Below are positions 38,003 through 48,374 of a stretch of DNA of 64,000 bases, in pieces (the stretch's first letter is position 1; each line of letters opens with the position of its first letter). The position numbers and the translations under genes were made by a program. Under the pieces are notes generated by a model. That model worked only from the letters and a program-made list of their open reading frames with translations, did not search any database and was not told the origin of the DNA. The stretch covers positions 510 through 64,509 of the forward strand of contig CAXFOB010000002.1 of assembly GCA_964004625.1 (NCBI GenBank), given 5' to 3'. Source of the DNA: an uncultured Flavobacteriales bacterium. Its GTDB lineage: Bacteria; Bacteroidota; Bacteroidia; Flavobacteriales; BACL11.

Positions 38003-38653
38003 CTAGTTTCCATTGTTTTTATTATTTAGCATAGGTACAAACACAAATTCTCCATGAGTTGTAATTCGTGATTCTGTTTCTGACATCTTTTCTATTAAAT
38101 GCATCACTTGTACATCTCCACTTCCTATTGGAGCAACCATTCTTCCTCCAACTTTTAATTGTAAAATTAAATCTTCAGGTATTTTTGGAGCTCCACAAGT
38201 AACTATAATTTTATCAAACGGAGCAAACTTACTTAAACCTTTATATCCATCGCCATAATAAAAGTTACAATTGTACCCTAATTGAGGTAAAAAATCCTTT
38301 GTCTTTTTAAAAAGATCTTTTTGTCTTTCTATAGTATATACATTTGCCTCCATACCAATTAATACTGCTGACTGATATCCAGAACCTGTTCCTACTTCTA
38401 ATACTTTTTCATAAGGGTTTATCTCTAAGAGTTGGGTCTGAAAAGCTACTGTATAGGGTTGCGAAATAGTCTGTCCACTACCTATAGGAAATGCCTTGTC
38501 TTGATATGCAAACTGAATAAAAGCATTGTCTAAAAACTGGTGTCTTGGTATCTGATTTATCATTTCCAGAACCTTTTCATTTCTAATTCCTTTTTCTCTT
38601 AAATTATCTACTAATATTTTCCTCAGTCCTTTATGCCTAAAAGTATCCTTCAT
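38003..38653 (-). CDS. pcm: protein-L-isoaspartate O-methyltransferase
   Basis: QTISQPYTVA, the SAM motif VLEVGTGSGYQSA, and typical length. Confidence 0.9.
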   Translation of the reverse strand: MKDTFRHKGLRKILVDNLREKGIRNEKVLEMINQIPRHQFLDNAFIQFAYQDKAFPIGSGQTISQPYTVAFQTQLLEINPYEKVLEVGTGSGYQSAVLIGMEANVYTIERQKDLFKKTKDFLPQLGYNCNFYYGDGYKGLSKFAPFDKIIVTCGAPKIPEDLILQLKVGGRMVAPIGSGDVQVMHLIEKMSETESRITTHGEFVFVPMLNNKNNGN

Positions 38654-38741
38654 TTTATAGTTTTACAGATAATAAATTTATATTTTCGCATTCTATTTTA
38701 TTACAGAACAAATAAAGAACAATTATTAGGAAATTTTACAA

Positions 38742-39605
38742 ATGTTTAAACTTAAAAATACACACCCCTTTGTTAATATAAGGACATTTTTTATTTCTAT
38801 AATTATAGTTTCTCTGTCATCATGTGAAAAAAATGAAAACATTCAAGAAATACCATCTTATATTAGCATAGAATACGTAAATTTAGAAACTATATCAAAC
38901 CAAGGATCAAATACACACAACATTACAGATGTTTGGCTCTATGTAAACGATCAATTTAGAGGGGCATACGAACTCCCCGCTACTATTCCAATTTTACAAA
39001 AAGATAGTAATAATTTAAAGATTTTTGCAGGCATAAAAGATAATGGAATTACATCAACAAGAGTAAGATATCATTTTTACAAATCGTATGAGAAAGATGT
39101 GTTTTTAGTAGAAGACAGTGTTATTGAAATAATTCCAACTTTCAGTTACACAAACAACTCTATAATAGAATCCGAAAACTTTGAAGGAGTGGGAACGAAT
39201 ATTGATACTACCCTATCTTCTGAAATTGATTTTGAAGTGATAACCGAAAACGGGAATAAGCTTGCTTATGTTTTAATTTCAGGAGGTGATTATGTATTTG
39301 AAGCTGCAACAGAAGATTTTGAAGGGTTGCCGCAAGCAGGGTCTCCTGTTTATTTGGAACTTGATTATCAATCTAATCATACTGCCTTAATAGGTGCTTA
39401 TATAAATTATAGTCAGGCAGTAGTAAACAAAGATTTAGTTTGGGTAAGTCCGAAAGAAGAATGGAATAAAATCTATATAAATATGACCAAAACTGTCAGT
39501 GAAGCAATAAACAATAATTCAATTAAATTTTATCTGAATATCTTTCGATCAGACACTACCGAAGATGCTTGGATGAAATTTGATAATCTTAAAATAATAT
39601 ACTAA
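38742..39605 (+). CDS. hypothetical lipoprotein
   Basis: Signal peptide with lipobox LSSC. I recognised no domain. It lies 10 nt upstream of the next gene, so it is probably co-transcribed with it. Confidence 0.55.
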   Translation: MFKLKNTHPFVNIRTFFISIIIVSLSSCEKNENIQEIPSYISIEYVNLETISNQGSNTHNITDVWLYVNDQFRGAYELPATIPILQKDSNNLKIFAGIKDNGITSTRVRYHFYKSYEKDVFLVEDSVIEIIPTFSYTNNSIIESENFEGVGTNIDTTLSSEIDFEVITENGNKLAYVLISGGDYVFEAATEDFEGLPQAGSPVYLELDYQSNHTALIGAYINYSQAVVNKDLVWVSPKEEWNKIYINMTKTVSEAINNNSIKFYLNIFRSDTTEDAWMKFDNLKIIY

Positions 39606-39615
39606 AAATAACAAC

Positions 39616-40506
39616 ATGAAAAATATAACTGTAATTGGAGCGGGAACAATGGGAAATGGAATTGCACATGCTTTTGCCCAAAGTGGGTACTCCGTTAACT
39701 TAGTGGATATATCTACTGATGCTTTAGAAAAAGCTATTTCAAATATTACAAAAAATTTAGACAGAATGTTATCTAAGGAGAAAATATCACTAGAAGATAA
39801 GAATTCCACCCTATCGAATATTACCATAAGTACGGAACTAAGTTCTGCTGTAAAAGGTTCAGACTTAGTAGTAGAAGCAGCTACAGAAAATGTAGACTTA
39901 AAACTAAAGATATTTAAACAATTAGATAAAATCTGTGACGAGAACACTATTTTAGGTACAAATACATCATCTATTTCTATAACCAAGATTGCTGCTGCAA
40001 CAAACAGAGCAGAAAAGGTAATTGGAATGCATTTCATGAATCCTGTTCCTATTATGAAATTAGTGGAAGTTATAAGAGGAAAGGGTACTTCAGACAAAGT
40101 AACAAATACTATAATGGAAATTAGTAGGAATCTAGGAAAATCTCCTGTAGAAGTAAATGATGCTCCAGGATTTGTAGCTAATAGAATCCTAATGCCAATG
40201 ATAAATGAAGCTATATTAACTTTGGAGGAAAATGTTTCGGGTGTGGAAGAAATTGATACCGTTATGATATTGGGAATGTCTCATCCAATGGGACCTCTTC
40301 ATTTGGCTGATTTTATTGGTTTAGATGTTTGTCTTTCTATTTTAGAAGTAATGTATGATGGTTTTGAAAATCCAAAATATAAACCTTGTAAAACATTAAT
40401 TAACATGGTTAATGATGGTAAACTAGGTGTAAAATCAGGAGAAGGGTTTTACGATTACTCAGAAGGACCTAGAAATAAAAAAGTATCTTCCCAATTTATA
40501 CGATAA
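39616..40506 (+). CDS. 3-hydroxyacyl/3-hydroxybutyryl-CoA dehydrogenase
   Basis: Rossmann VIGAGTMGNGIA, EN...K..IF, HFMNPVP.M.LVE, GFV.NRIL, MGP..L.D.IGLD. Confidence 0.9.
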   Translation: MKNITVIGAGTMGNGIAHAFAQSGYSVNLVDISTDALEKAISNITKNLDRMLSKEKISLEDKNSTLSNITISTELSSAVKGSDLVVEAATENVDLKLKIFKQLDKICDENTILGTNTSSISITKIAAATNRAEKVIGMHFMNPVPIMKLVEVIRGKGTSDKVTNTIMEISRNLGKSPVEVNDAPGFVANRILMPMINEAILTLEENVSGVEEIDTVMILGMSHPMGPLHLADFIGLDVCLSILEVMYDGFENPKYKPCKTLINMVNDGKLGVKSGEGFYDYSEGPRNKKVSSQFIR

Positions 40507-40585
40507 AGATAATAAGATTTTCTGATTGATTAGATTCAGAATTCAAAGTAATCTCACAACTTAATGGACTATCTTTTTTATACCT

Positions 40586-43474
40586 CTATTCTAAAATTAC
40601 CTTCTTTGTTTTTATCAATTTATCCGTATAAAACTCAAGATAATAAATACCACTATCTTGTTTAGAAAGATCTATTTCGGTTAATTCATTAATTATATCT
40701 TCTTCCAAAATTAACTCTCCAAGTAAGTTGTATATTTTTAATTTACAACTATTTACGGACTCTATATAAACCTTGTTTTTAGTTGGGTTTGGATAAACAT
40801 CTATATTAAAAACAGATAAATCCTCCACAAAAGTGGATTGAGTTTCATCATACAAATACACATCATCTACAGCAGCTTCAACCAAACTACCACCATCTAA
40901 ATACAAACCTAGCCTAATACTATCCGAAGCAATAAACCTAATTTTAAAATTATCTGTCAAAGAAACATAATCACTAACTCGAAAAGCAAACTTCCTCCAT
41001 CTGTTATCTGATGTCACGTTGTTTTCTACATACACCCAATTATTTCCATCATCAGTAACTTGTACCTGCCACCAATCTGCTCCAGGATTTGCACCTGTAG
41101 GTGGAGAATTAGTATACCAACGATAATACGTAAAAGTAGGATTCTTATAATCTGTTAAATCATACACTGGAGAAGTTAAAGTAGTATGACCGCCATCAAC
41201 ATCATTAGCTCCTATACTTCCACCTGTGTTATCATTTCCTGTAAAAGCACAATAAGCACCCTGAGGAGTGTTTTGATGATCGGTCTGTACCAGAACTGTA
41301 CCATCATAAAATGTACCCTCAGGAACACCTATTTCCCACAATCCAGTAGAAGCATTATCAGAAGGATGACTCACATCCCAGAAACCTATATTAAAATCAA
41401 AATCTTGCTCCTCCATCAATTCATAGCCTACAAGGATATAATAAGGTAGATTAGGATACGTCTCTAAATTTGATGAAAATGGTGTAACAGCCGCTTTCTT
41501 ACCATAATTATCTACTAATGACAAATAATATGAAATAATATTTCCTGAAGACTGAGGAGTCAACTGGACTGAATAATCTGATCCTGAAACAAGATTTAAT
41601 GGTACACTATCCCATATGGTAGAACTGTTCAATTTATAATAACAATAGGCATTATTTAAAGCCCAAGGATAAGTCATAACTATATTTGCATCTATATCTA
41701 TTAAAGTTTGATGAGCAGCTTCGACAACTTCAGAATGAGTTAAAACAGCATTAGACAATAATGTAATTCCGTGAGTAGCAAAAGCATCTACAATAGCAAC
41801 ATCATTTGGTGTTCCATTAAATATATTTCCATCATCATCATCCGAATATAAAAATTCTAAGAGGACATCAGTATAAATAATGCCTTCAGTACCATTAGGA
41901 CCATCAGGGCCACTATCATATAAATCAGCAAATAGTTTAAGAGCCTCTTGCATACTTCCTAAGTTCTCATATGTTCTCCAAAATGCTCCACAAATTATCT
42001 CTCCATCAGCATGTACTTCACCTACTAAGTCTTGTGGATAAACTTTAATAGTAGAATCATATTCCCTAACATTACTGTTAGGGTCATTTGTATACCACCC
42101 CTCTCCTAATATTGGATATTCTGTTAAGGACAAAGCCCATATGTCAGCTGTTCCTTCATTTAAACCACCATTCCACATTCCAGCCATATTATTATATCTA
42201 TAATCATTAATTGCGTGACCATATTCATGATATGCAACATCAGGGATATTAGCAGTAGATTGACATCCACCACCTTCTGCATAAAAATTTATAGTACCTC
42301 CACTGTAAAATGCGTTACAATTAGCTGTTCCTATATCAACATTCGTTTCCATAGGAAAGTCAAGACCTGTAAAAGTAGGGAACAAGTTCTTAAAATGTTT
42401 ATGTATTTTATTGACCGATACATAGGCTGTTCTTTCTGGTATTGTAGAGTTAGAATTATCAAAAGAAACATTAGAAACGGAAGCTAACTCATTAAAACTT
42501 GGAGTAGTTCCATTCGTCATTACTTGAGAATACATACCCTCCAAATAATAAGTTGCTTGTCCTGTACTTGAAGACAATATAGCATTACCCAAAGAATCAG
42601 TATAATAATCACTATTATTAAGTCTAACTTTTAAATTAACAAAATCTTCTACAGAAGTAGGGTTAAAAGGATTAGTAGTATATACTTCACCTTCCACATG
42701 AATATTTGACTGTAAAGATTCAAATTTAACTTGATTGTTTCTCATTAACAACTCTCCAGAATTAGCATCAACAAAACAAAGATATTCCGCTGGACCTATA
42801 TTATTTTTTGTAGACACATGAACAATATATACTAGATGATATTCATATTTTCCTTGCTTTGGTATTGGTAAGACTTTTAATTGATCTTCAATTTCAGAAT
42901 TAGTAATGGAAAACGGTAGATCTTGGACAGCAAATTGAAGAGCATCATTCTCTGAAATTGATGGAGTGGTACTTATATTGATATCAGGAAAAACATCTAA
43001 TCCAAATACAACTACTTTATTATCTTTTGTCATCTTCATATACAATCTACTATCAAGGACATCTAATCCACCATATCTCTGATGGTAAATAAAGTTTTTA
43101 TATTTAGAATTTTCAGATTCTGATTGCAACGTAATATCAACCATAGATATATCAAATACAGAAAGGCTACTTGATAAAAAATCTAATGGTGAATTTGTTG
43201 GGATTCCTAATCCAAATGCTCTATGTGGTAATCTATTATGTTCGTTAAAATAAACAAACCAATTTGGATTCTCACTTAAAAAACTCTGCCATTTTATATC
43301 ATTTCTTAGATGATATTGAATGTTTTCATTTAAATGTATAGCGTCATTTATATATCTTATTTCAAATTCATCCTTAAAACAAGTATGGTTATGGTTGTGG
43401 TTATGATTATTACCTATTGAATAAGATATTGAAACTATTAAAGTAAATAGTATTAGTGTAGTTATTCGTCTCAT
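40586..43474 (-). CDS. secreted thermolysin-fold (gluzincin) zinc metalloprotease with T9SS C-terminal sorting domain
   Basis: Signal peptide, HEYGH zinc motif followed by GLNEGTADIW (third-ligand Glu region). There is a large C-terminal beta-rich region and a terminal VYPNPTKNKVYIE...GIYYLEFY...KKVILE T9SS CTD. Confidence 0.7.
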   Translation of the reverse strand: MRRITTLILFTLIVSISYSIGNNHNHNHNHTCFKDEFEIRYINDAIHLNENIQYHLRNDIKWQSFLSENPNWFVYFNEHNRLPHRAFGLGIPTNSPLDFLSSSLSVFDISMVDITLQSESENSKYKNFIYHQRYGGLDVLDSRLYMKMTKDNKVVVFGLDVFPDINISTTPSISENDALQFAVQDLPFSITNSEIEDQLKVLPIPKQGKYEYHLVYIVHVSTKNNIGPAEYLCFVDANSGELLMRNNQVKFESLQSNIHVEGEVYTTNPFNPTSVEDFVNLKVRLNNSDYYTDSLGNAILSSSTGQATYYLEGMYSQVMTNGTTPSFNELASVSNVSFDNSNSTIPERTAYVSVNKIHKHFKNLFPTFTGLDFPMETNVDIGTANCNAFYSGGTINFYAEGGGCQSTANIPDVAYHEYGHAINDYRYNNMAGMWNGGLNEGTADIWALSLTEYPILGEGWYTNDPNSNVREYDSTIKVYPQDLVGEVHADGEIICGAFWRTYENLGSMQEALKLFADLYDSGPDGPNGTEGIIYTDVLLEFLYSDDDDGNIFNGTPNDVAIVDAFATHGITLLSNAVLTHSEVVEAAHQTLIDIDANIVMTYPWALNNAYCYYKLNSSTIWDSVPLNLVSGSDYSVQLTPQSSGNIISYYLSLVDNYGKKAAVTPFSSNLETYPNLPYYILVGYELMEEQDFDFNIGFWDVSHPSDNASTGLWEIGVPEGTFYDGTVLVQTDHQNTPQGAYCAFTGNDNTGGSIGANDVDGGHTTLTSPVYDLTDYKNPTFTYYRWYTNSPPTGANPGADWWQVQVTDDGNNWVYVENNVTSDNRWRKFAFRVSDYVSLTDNFKIRFIASDSIRLGLYLDGGSLVEAAVDDVYLYDETQSTFVEDLSVFNIDVYPNPTKNKVYIESVNSCKLKIYNLLGELILEEDIINELTEIDLSKQDSGIYYLEFYTDKLIKTKKVILE

Positions 43475-43488
43475 GCTTAAATTTTTTA

Positions 43489-43496
43489 CAAAAATA
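43489..43496 (-). promoter_or_regulatory. putative -7 promoter box (TATTTTTG) for the metalloprotease gene
   Basis: Exact TAnnTTTG match on the minus strand, 14 nt upstream of the ATG at 43474. Confidence 0.5.
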
Positions 43497-43517
43497 TAAA
43501 AAAATTATGAGGATGTG

Positions 43518-44279
43518 TTAAATAAAGATTTCTTCTCCATCAAAAGCGGGAGAGACATGAGATGGTAACTCTTTAATTACATCTTCATGTTTTCCCATAA
43601 AATGACTAATATGAGTAAGAAGTGCTTTTTTAGGTTTCAACTCCACTATCAAGTCTAAAGCTTGTTCTAGGTTAAAATGAGAAATATGTTTTTTCTTTCT
43701 AAGAGCGTCTAGAATTAACAAATCCGCATTTTTGATCTTTTCTTTTTCTTCTTCTGAAATAAAACTTAAATCTGTCAGATAAACAAAATTATTAATTCTA
43801 AAACCAAATACAGGAAGTTTATAATGTAGTGCATTAATTGGTACTATTTTAGTACTGCCTATTTTAAAAGGATTAGAATCAATAGTATTTATATTAATTT
43901 TAGGAATTCCTGGGTAATCATTTCCAGAAAAAACATAATGAAACTCTCGTTTTAGAGCAATTTCTACTCTTTCTGATGCGTAAATCTGCATATCCTTTTT
44001 CCATTTATGGTTAAAAGCTCTTATATCATCTAAACCAGCAACATGATCTTTATGTTCATGTGTAAACAATACAGCATCAACTTTTTCTACTTTTTCTCTC
44101 AGCATTTGCTCTCTAAAATCAGGTCCCGTATCAATAATAATAGTCTTATTATCTACCTCAACCATAACAGAAGATCTTAACCTTTTATCCTTAGGATTTT
44201 CTGATAGACAAACTTCACAATCACACGCAATCACTGGGACTCCTTGTGAAGTTCCACTACCTAGTATTGTTATCTTCAT
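43518..44279 (-). CDS. MBL-fold metallo-hydrolase (PhnP/GPS-like)
   Basis: The N-terminal Cys cluster CDCEVC and the HEHKDH (HxHxDH) motif. About 250 aa. Confidence 0.8.
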   Translation of the reverse strand: MKITILGSGTSQGVPVIACDCEVCLSENPKDKRLRSSVMVEVDNKTIIIDTGPDFREQMLREKVEKVDAVLFTHEHKDHVAGLDDIRAFNHKWKKDMQIYASERVEIALKREFHYVFSGNDYPGIPKININTIDSNPFKIGSTKIVPINALHYKLPVFGFRINNFVYLTDLSFISEEEKEKIKNADLLILDALRKKKHISHFNLEQALDLIVELKPKKALLTHISHFMGKHEDVIKELPSHVSPAFDGEEIFI

Positions 44280-44342
44280 TTCTTACATTTTTGAGTTTTG
44301 TAAAAATATACATTAATTCACATTCTAATTAAAATAAGTTAA

Positions 44343-44350
44343 TAAATTTG
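44343..44350 (+). promoter_or_regulatory. putative -7 promoter box (TAAATTTG) for the 44375 operon
   Basis: Exact TAnnTTTG match 24 nt upstream of the ATG at 44375. Its TTG is the start used by the ORF track. Confidence 0.5.
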
Positions 44351-44374
44351 CCACGCTACAAACATTCAAAACTT

Positions 44375-45787
44375 ATGAAAGAATTAATTCTGTCACCAAA
44401 ACAGAAAGCTTTAAAAATAAATCTAGACCCTACAATTTATGGTTCTATGGTAGAGATTGGAGCAGGGCAAGAAGTAGCAAGAAATTTCTTTAGGGCAGGA
44501 TCCGCATCCGGCACTATAGCTAAAACAATGTCGGCATATGATAAAGATTTTTCTGACGCAATATATGGAAAAGAAGAACAAGGAAGATATGTTTGTAAAT
44601 CAAGATTACTTAATATGTTATCTCATGAATATGGTTTACTAGAAGAAAGATTAAACAAAACAGATTTTCCTGAGAGAAGATATTTTGCATTTGCCGATAC
44701 AGTTTCGACAATAAATTATCAAAAGACTACTAAAGGACATGGATGGGTGGGAGTTCGATTCCAAAGAGAAATAAACAGTAAACCAAACGACATTATACTA
44801 CATGTAAATCTACATGATCAAGACGCAAAATTACAACAAGAAACAATTGGTGTTTTAGGAACGAATTTGTTACATGCTTGCTTCTACTCTACAGAACCAA
44901 AAGAAATTCTTAAAAATCTATACGATAATCTATCTCGTGCGAATATCGATATTGATATGGTAAATTTTTATGGTCCTGACTTTGATGATATAGACAATAG
45001 ATTACTAAGCCTTACTCTAGTTAAAGAAGGGATGACAAATAGTGTTATATTTACTCCTGATGGATTAAATCACCAACCATACGATATATTATACAAAAAA
45101 AACATTCTAACTCTTAGAGGTAGTTTCAGACCTGTAACTAAAGTGAATATTGATATGTTAGAGAATGGGTTAGAAAAGTTTAAATCTGACCAAAAGGTAA
45201 AAGAAGATAACATTCAATTATTATTTGAAATTACTTTAAGTAATCTAAAATCTGAAGGAGAAGTTGATGAACAGGACTTTTTAGATAGAGTAGATATATT
45301 GTGTTCTTTAGGATATACAGTTATGATTTCAAATTTTAGAAAATATTATAAAGTAATCGAATACCTTTCTCAATTTTCATCTGCTAGAATGGGATTAATC
45401 ATAGGAGTAGATAATCTAATAGAAATGTTTGAAGAAAAATATTACAGAAACTTAAATGGAGGAATACTAGAAGCATTTGGTATTATTTTCACAAGAGATG
45501 TAAAAATCTACCTATACCCATTTAAACCTTCTAACAATGCTGCAATCTTAAACTCAAATAACATTCCTATTCACCCAAGGGTAAAAGCGCTGTACGAATA
45601 CTTATATATCAATAAAAGAATTGAAGACATAAATCATAATTCTGAAGTACTGAGTATTTTCTCTAGAGAGGTGTTACGATTAATTAAAGATAATAAACAA
45701 GGAGAATGGGAACATATGGTTCCGGAAGGGGTAGATGAAATAATAAAAGCAAAATGCTTGTTTGGATACAAATGTGAAATAAATTAA
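44375..45787 (+). CDS. conserved hypothetical cytoplasmic protein
   Basis: A 470-aa ORF with no signal peptide. I could not assign the block MVEIGAGQEVARNFFRAGSASGTIAKTMSAYD to a named family. Confidence 0.6.
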   Translation: MKELILSPKQKALKINLDPTIYGSMVEIGAGQEVARNFFRAGSASGTIAKTMSAYDKDFSDAIYGKEEQGRYVCKSRLLNMLSHEYGLLEERLNKTDFPERRYFAFADTVSTINYQKTTKGHGWVGVRFQREINSKPNDIILHVNLHDQDAKLQQETIGVLGTNLLHACFYSTEPKEILKNLYDNLSRANIDIDMVNFYGPDFDDIDNRLLSLTLVKEGMTNSVIFTPDGLNHQPYDILYKKNILTLRGSFRPVTKVNIDMLENGLEKFKSDQKVKEDNIQLLFEITLSNLKSEGEVDEQDFLDRVDILCSLGYTVMISNFRKYYKVIEYLSQFSSARMGLIIGVDNLIEMFEEKYYRNLNGGILEAFGIIFTRDVKIYLYPFKPSNNAAILNSNNIPIHPRVKALYEYLYINKRIEDINHNSEVLSIFSREVLRLIKDNKQGEWEHMVPEGVDEIIKAKCLFGYKCEIN

Positions 45788-45796
45788 TAATAGATT

Positions 45797-48349
45797 ATGA
45801 AGAGAATATTTATTATCATCATTGGGTTTAGTTCAATATTTACATTTGGCAAACAACCTAAAGTTGATGCTTTTTCTGGTGCAACATGGCAAAAACCACA
45901 AAAGATAAATGGAACTATAAGTGGTAAAGTTACAGAAAAAAACACTAGAAATAATTTAGCTTATGCAAATGTATCCATCATCAATCCTGATAATCAAAAA
46001 ACAATTGAAGGAACAGTAACATCAGAAAGAGGAAAGTTTAATTTTGAAGAAATTCAATCAGGTAAATACATCCTTTCTATTAGTTTTATAGGTTATAACA
46101 CCAAGGAAATACCATTTGAAATTACTTCAAAGAATCCTAATCTGAAGTTTAAAACTCTCTCATTAACACCTACAAGCAAAACTATTAATGAAATAGAAAT
46201 TAATGAAGAAAAAGCTGTTTATGAAAACAAGATTGATAAAATAGTTTACAACCCAGGAAATGATATCAACCAGAGCGCAGATGACGCTACTGATGTATTA
46301 AGAAAAGCTCCATTACTATCAGTAGATTTAGATGGAAATGTTTCATTAAGAGGGAGTAGTAATATTAAATTCCTAATTAATGGAAAAGCTTCAACTTTCT
46401 TGACTTCAGACATCTCATCTGCATTAACTATGATTCCAGCGGATCAAATAAAAAGTGTAGAAGTCATTACGAGTCCTGGTGCAAAATACGATGGAGAAGG
46501 TGATGCAGGAATTGTAAATATAATAACTAAAAAGAAAATAATAGATGGATATAAAGGAACAATTTCAGGATCTATAGGAAAACGAGTTAGTAGAAATAGT
46601 CTTAATTTAACAGCAGGTAAAAATAATTTTGGAATATCTTCCAAAGGAGGCCTTTACGGAATGTATTGGCCAAGAAAAGGCAAAACTAATTACGTAAGAA
46701 ATGATTGGATAAATGGGGATACTAATAATTTAACTCGAATTGGAGAGACGTTTAGTAGATGGACTGGATATCGAACAGGAATAGATATGTTTTATGATTT
46801 AAATCCATTTAATAACTTCACTTCAAGTTTCTCATTTGGAGGGCGAGATAAATTTAGTGACGATACAACAAATATAAGCTACACAAGTCTTGGTGAGAAT
46901 GATGAATATCAATCAATAATAAACACTAATTCTACTAACAATAATGTTGAATGGACAATAGACTATACTAAGAAATTTATTAATAATCCAGAAAGAGAAC
47001 TTGTAATAGCATTCCAAATGGATAAAGGTTTCGAAGATGAAGGAAGTAGTATTTTTGAAAAGAATGAGTTAACAAAGAATATCTCTGAAGGAATTTCAAA
47101 TGACAAAACATTTCAGATAGATTACACTCACCCATTCGGAGAAAAAAAATCTACAAAGAAAAAAATAGAAGATAAAATAAAAAAAATAAAACAGTCTCGT
47201 GGTAAGAGAAATGGATATAAAGGAAAAGAAGGTAGTAGTGTTGATGATGGAAATAAGTTAGAAATTGGAGTAAAATATATCGATAGAAACAATAATTTTG
47301 ACTACGAAACAATTATTGACTCTAATAATATAAGAATATACTCTGATAATGATGTGTTTGACTATAGACAAAGAGTAGCTAGTGGATACATGTCAAGTCA
47401 ATTTACATTTTCTAAAAATATTGGTTTAGTTATTGGAGGACGATATGAATTTACAGATATTCATGGAAAATGGAAAAATAAGTCTATCCAAAATTTCGAT
47501 AGTAAAACATATGGAAACTTTTTACCTAATCTTGTTTTAAGTAAGAAATTCTCAATGACAAAATCTTTAAAACTATCGTACAATAAAAGAATTAGACGAC
47601 CAAGTAGTTACTATATAAATCCAAATATTGGTAGAACTGACAATAAAAATATAATAATTGGAAACCCAAATTTAAGACCAGCTATTTCTGAACAAATCGA
47701 GATAGGATATAACTCTTTTGGTAACTTCTTACAATCAAGTTATTATATTTATTTGAAAAACACAAAAGATGTGATTGAATCAATTGTTTCGATTGAAGAT
47801 CAGACATCTATTACCAATTACGAAAATATTGGACTGAATAATAAACTGGGTTTCAATTACTATGGATCAATCATGTTAAAATCAATTAATCTACGAGCAG
47901 GATTTAATATTTTTCAATATTCATCTAATGATGATAGATATGGTGATATATCAGAATGGTTATATAATTATAACTTTGGAGGAACAGTTGATTTAGGTAA
48001 TAGATTAAAGTTTGAAACATGGGGATGGTATTCATCTCCCAATCAAACAATTCAAGGATATTCAGACAGTTGGTCTATGATGAGTTTTGGAATAAAGAAA
48101 GATTTTAAAAACAAAAGAGGATCATTAGGAATTAGAGTTGTCGAACCTTTCTTGAAAAATGGAGAAAAAGTCATGAGAACAATGTTAAGAGGAGAGAATT
48201 TTGAACAAGATAGTGAGAGAACAATAACTATGCGTTCAGTAGGAATAAGTTTTAGTTATACTTTTGGTAAGCTGAATTTTAAAGAAAAGAGAGTAAATTC
48301 TAAGATTAATAACAATGATTTAATGGAGGGAGGAAACTCAGACCAATAA
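45797..48349 (+). CDS. TonB-dependent-receptor-like outer membrane beta-barrel protein with CarboxypepD_reg-like N-domain
   Basis: Signal peptide, then GKVTEK..LAYANVSI..GKFNFEE carboxypeptidase-regulatory fold. The plug-like region shows VEVITSPGAKYDGEG.AGIVNI. A long barrel ends in FSYTFGK. It starts 9 nt after the upstream gene. Confidence 0.75.
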   Translation: MKRIFIIIIGFSSIFTFGKQPKVDAFSGATWQKPQKINGTISGKVTEKNTRNNLAYANVSIINPDNQKTIEGTVTSERGKFNFEEIQSGKYILSISFIGYNTKEIPFEITSKNPNLKFKTLSLTPTSKTINEIEINEEKAVYENKIDKIVYNPGNDINQSADDATDVLRKAPLLSVDLDGNVSLRGSSNIKFLINGKASTFLTSDISSALTMIPADQIKSVEVITSPGAKYDGEGDAGIVNIITKKKIIDGYKGTISGSIGKRVSRNSLNLTAGKNNFGISSKGGLYGMYWPRKGKTNYVRNDWINGDTNNLTRIGETFSRWTGYRTGIDMFYDLNPFNNFTSSFSFGGRDKFSDDTTNISYTSLGENDEYQSIINTNSTNNNVEWTIDYTKKFINNPERELVIAFQMDKGFEDEGSSIFEKNELTKNISEGISNDKTFQIDYTHPFGEKKSTKKKIEDKIKKIKQSRGKRNGYKGKEGSSVDDGNKLEIGVKYIDRNNNFDYETIIDSNNIRIYSDNDVFDYRQRVASGYMSSQFTFSKNIGLVIGGRYEFTDIHGKWKNKSIQNFDSKTYGNFLPNLVLSKKFSMTKSLKLSYNKRIRRPSSYYINPNIGRTDNKNIIIGNPNLRPAISEQIEIGYNSFGNFLQSSYYIYLKNTKDVIESIVSIEDQTSITNYENIGLNNKLGFNYYGSIMLKSINLRAGFNIFQYSSNDDRYGDISEWLYNYNFGGTVDLGNRLKFETWGWYSSPNQTIQGYSDSWSMMSFGIKKDFKNKRGSLGIRVVEPFLKNGEKVMRTMLRGENFEQDSERTITMRSVGISFSYTFGKLNFKEKRVNSKINNNDLMEGGNSDQ

Positions 48350-48374
48350 TATTAAAAAGGAGCTTACTCTATTT

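Noticed and set aside
39549-40097. A long (182 aa) antisense ORF spanning the lipoprotein/hbd junction. Similar antisense ORFs occur at 16755-17213, 22254-22688, 7188-7571, 60701-61054, 57266-57601, 23112-23438 and 7721-8014.
   Set aside because: All lie opposite well-supported genes and translate to low-complexity Ser/Phe/Ile/Leu-rich strings. For the hbd case, the antisense frame only acquires stops at Tyr/His/Gln codons preceded by T/C-ending codons, and these are rare in that stretch of the sense protein. They are shadow ORFs, not overlapping genes.
40520-40541. The inverted repeat TTCTGA-n10-TCAGAA between the converging hbd and protease genes, as a possible bidirectional terminator.
   Set aside because: It has only a 6-bp AT-rich stem with a 10-nt loop and no adjacent T run. 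That is too weak to call.
47142-47186. A7-A8 homopolymer runs inside the OM barrel gene as possible phase-variation sites.
   Set aside because: The reading frame is intact through all of them. They simply encode a Lys-rich loop (AAA/AAG codons), and they are shorter than the A10 run that actually coincides with a frame break.
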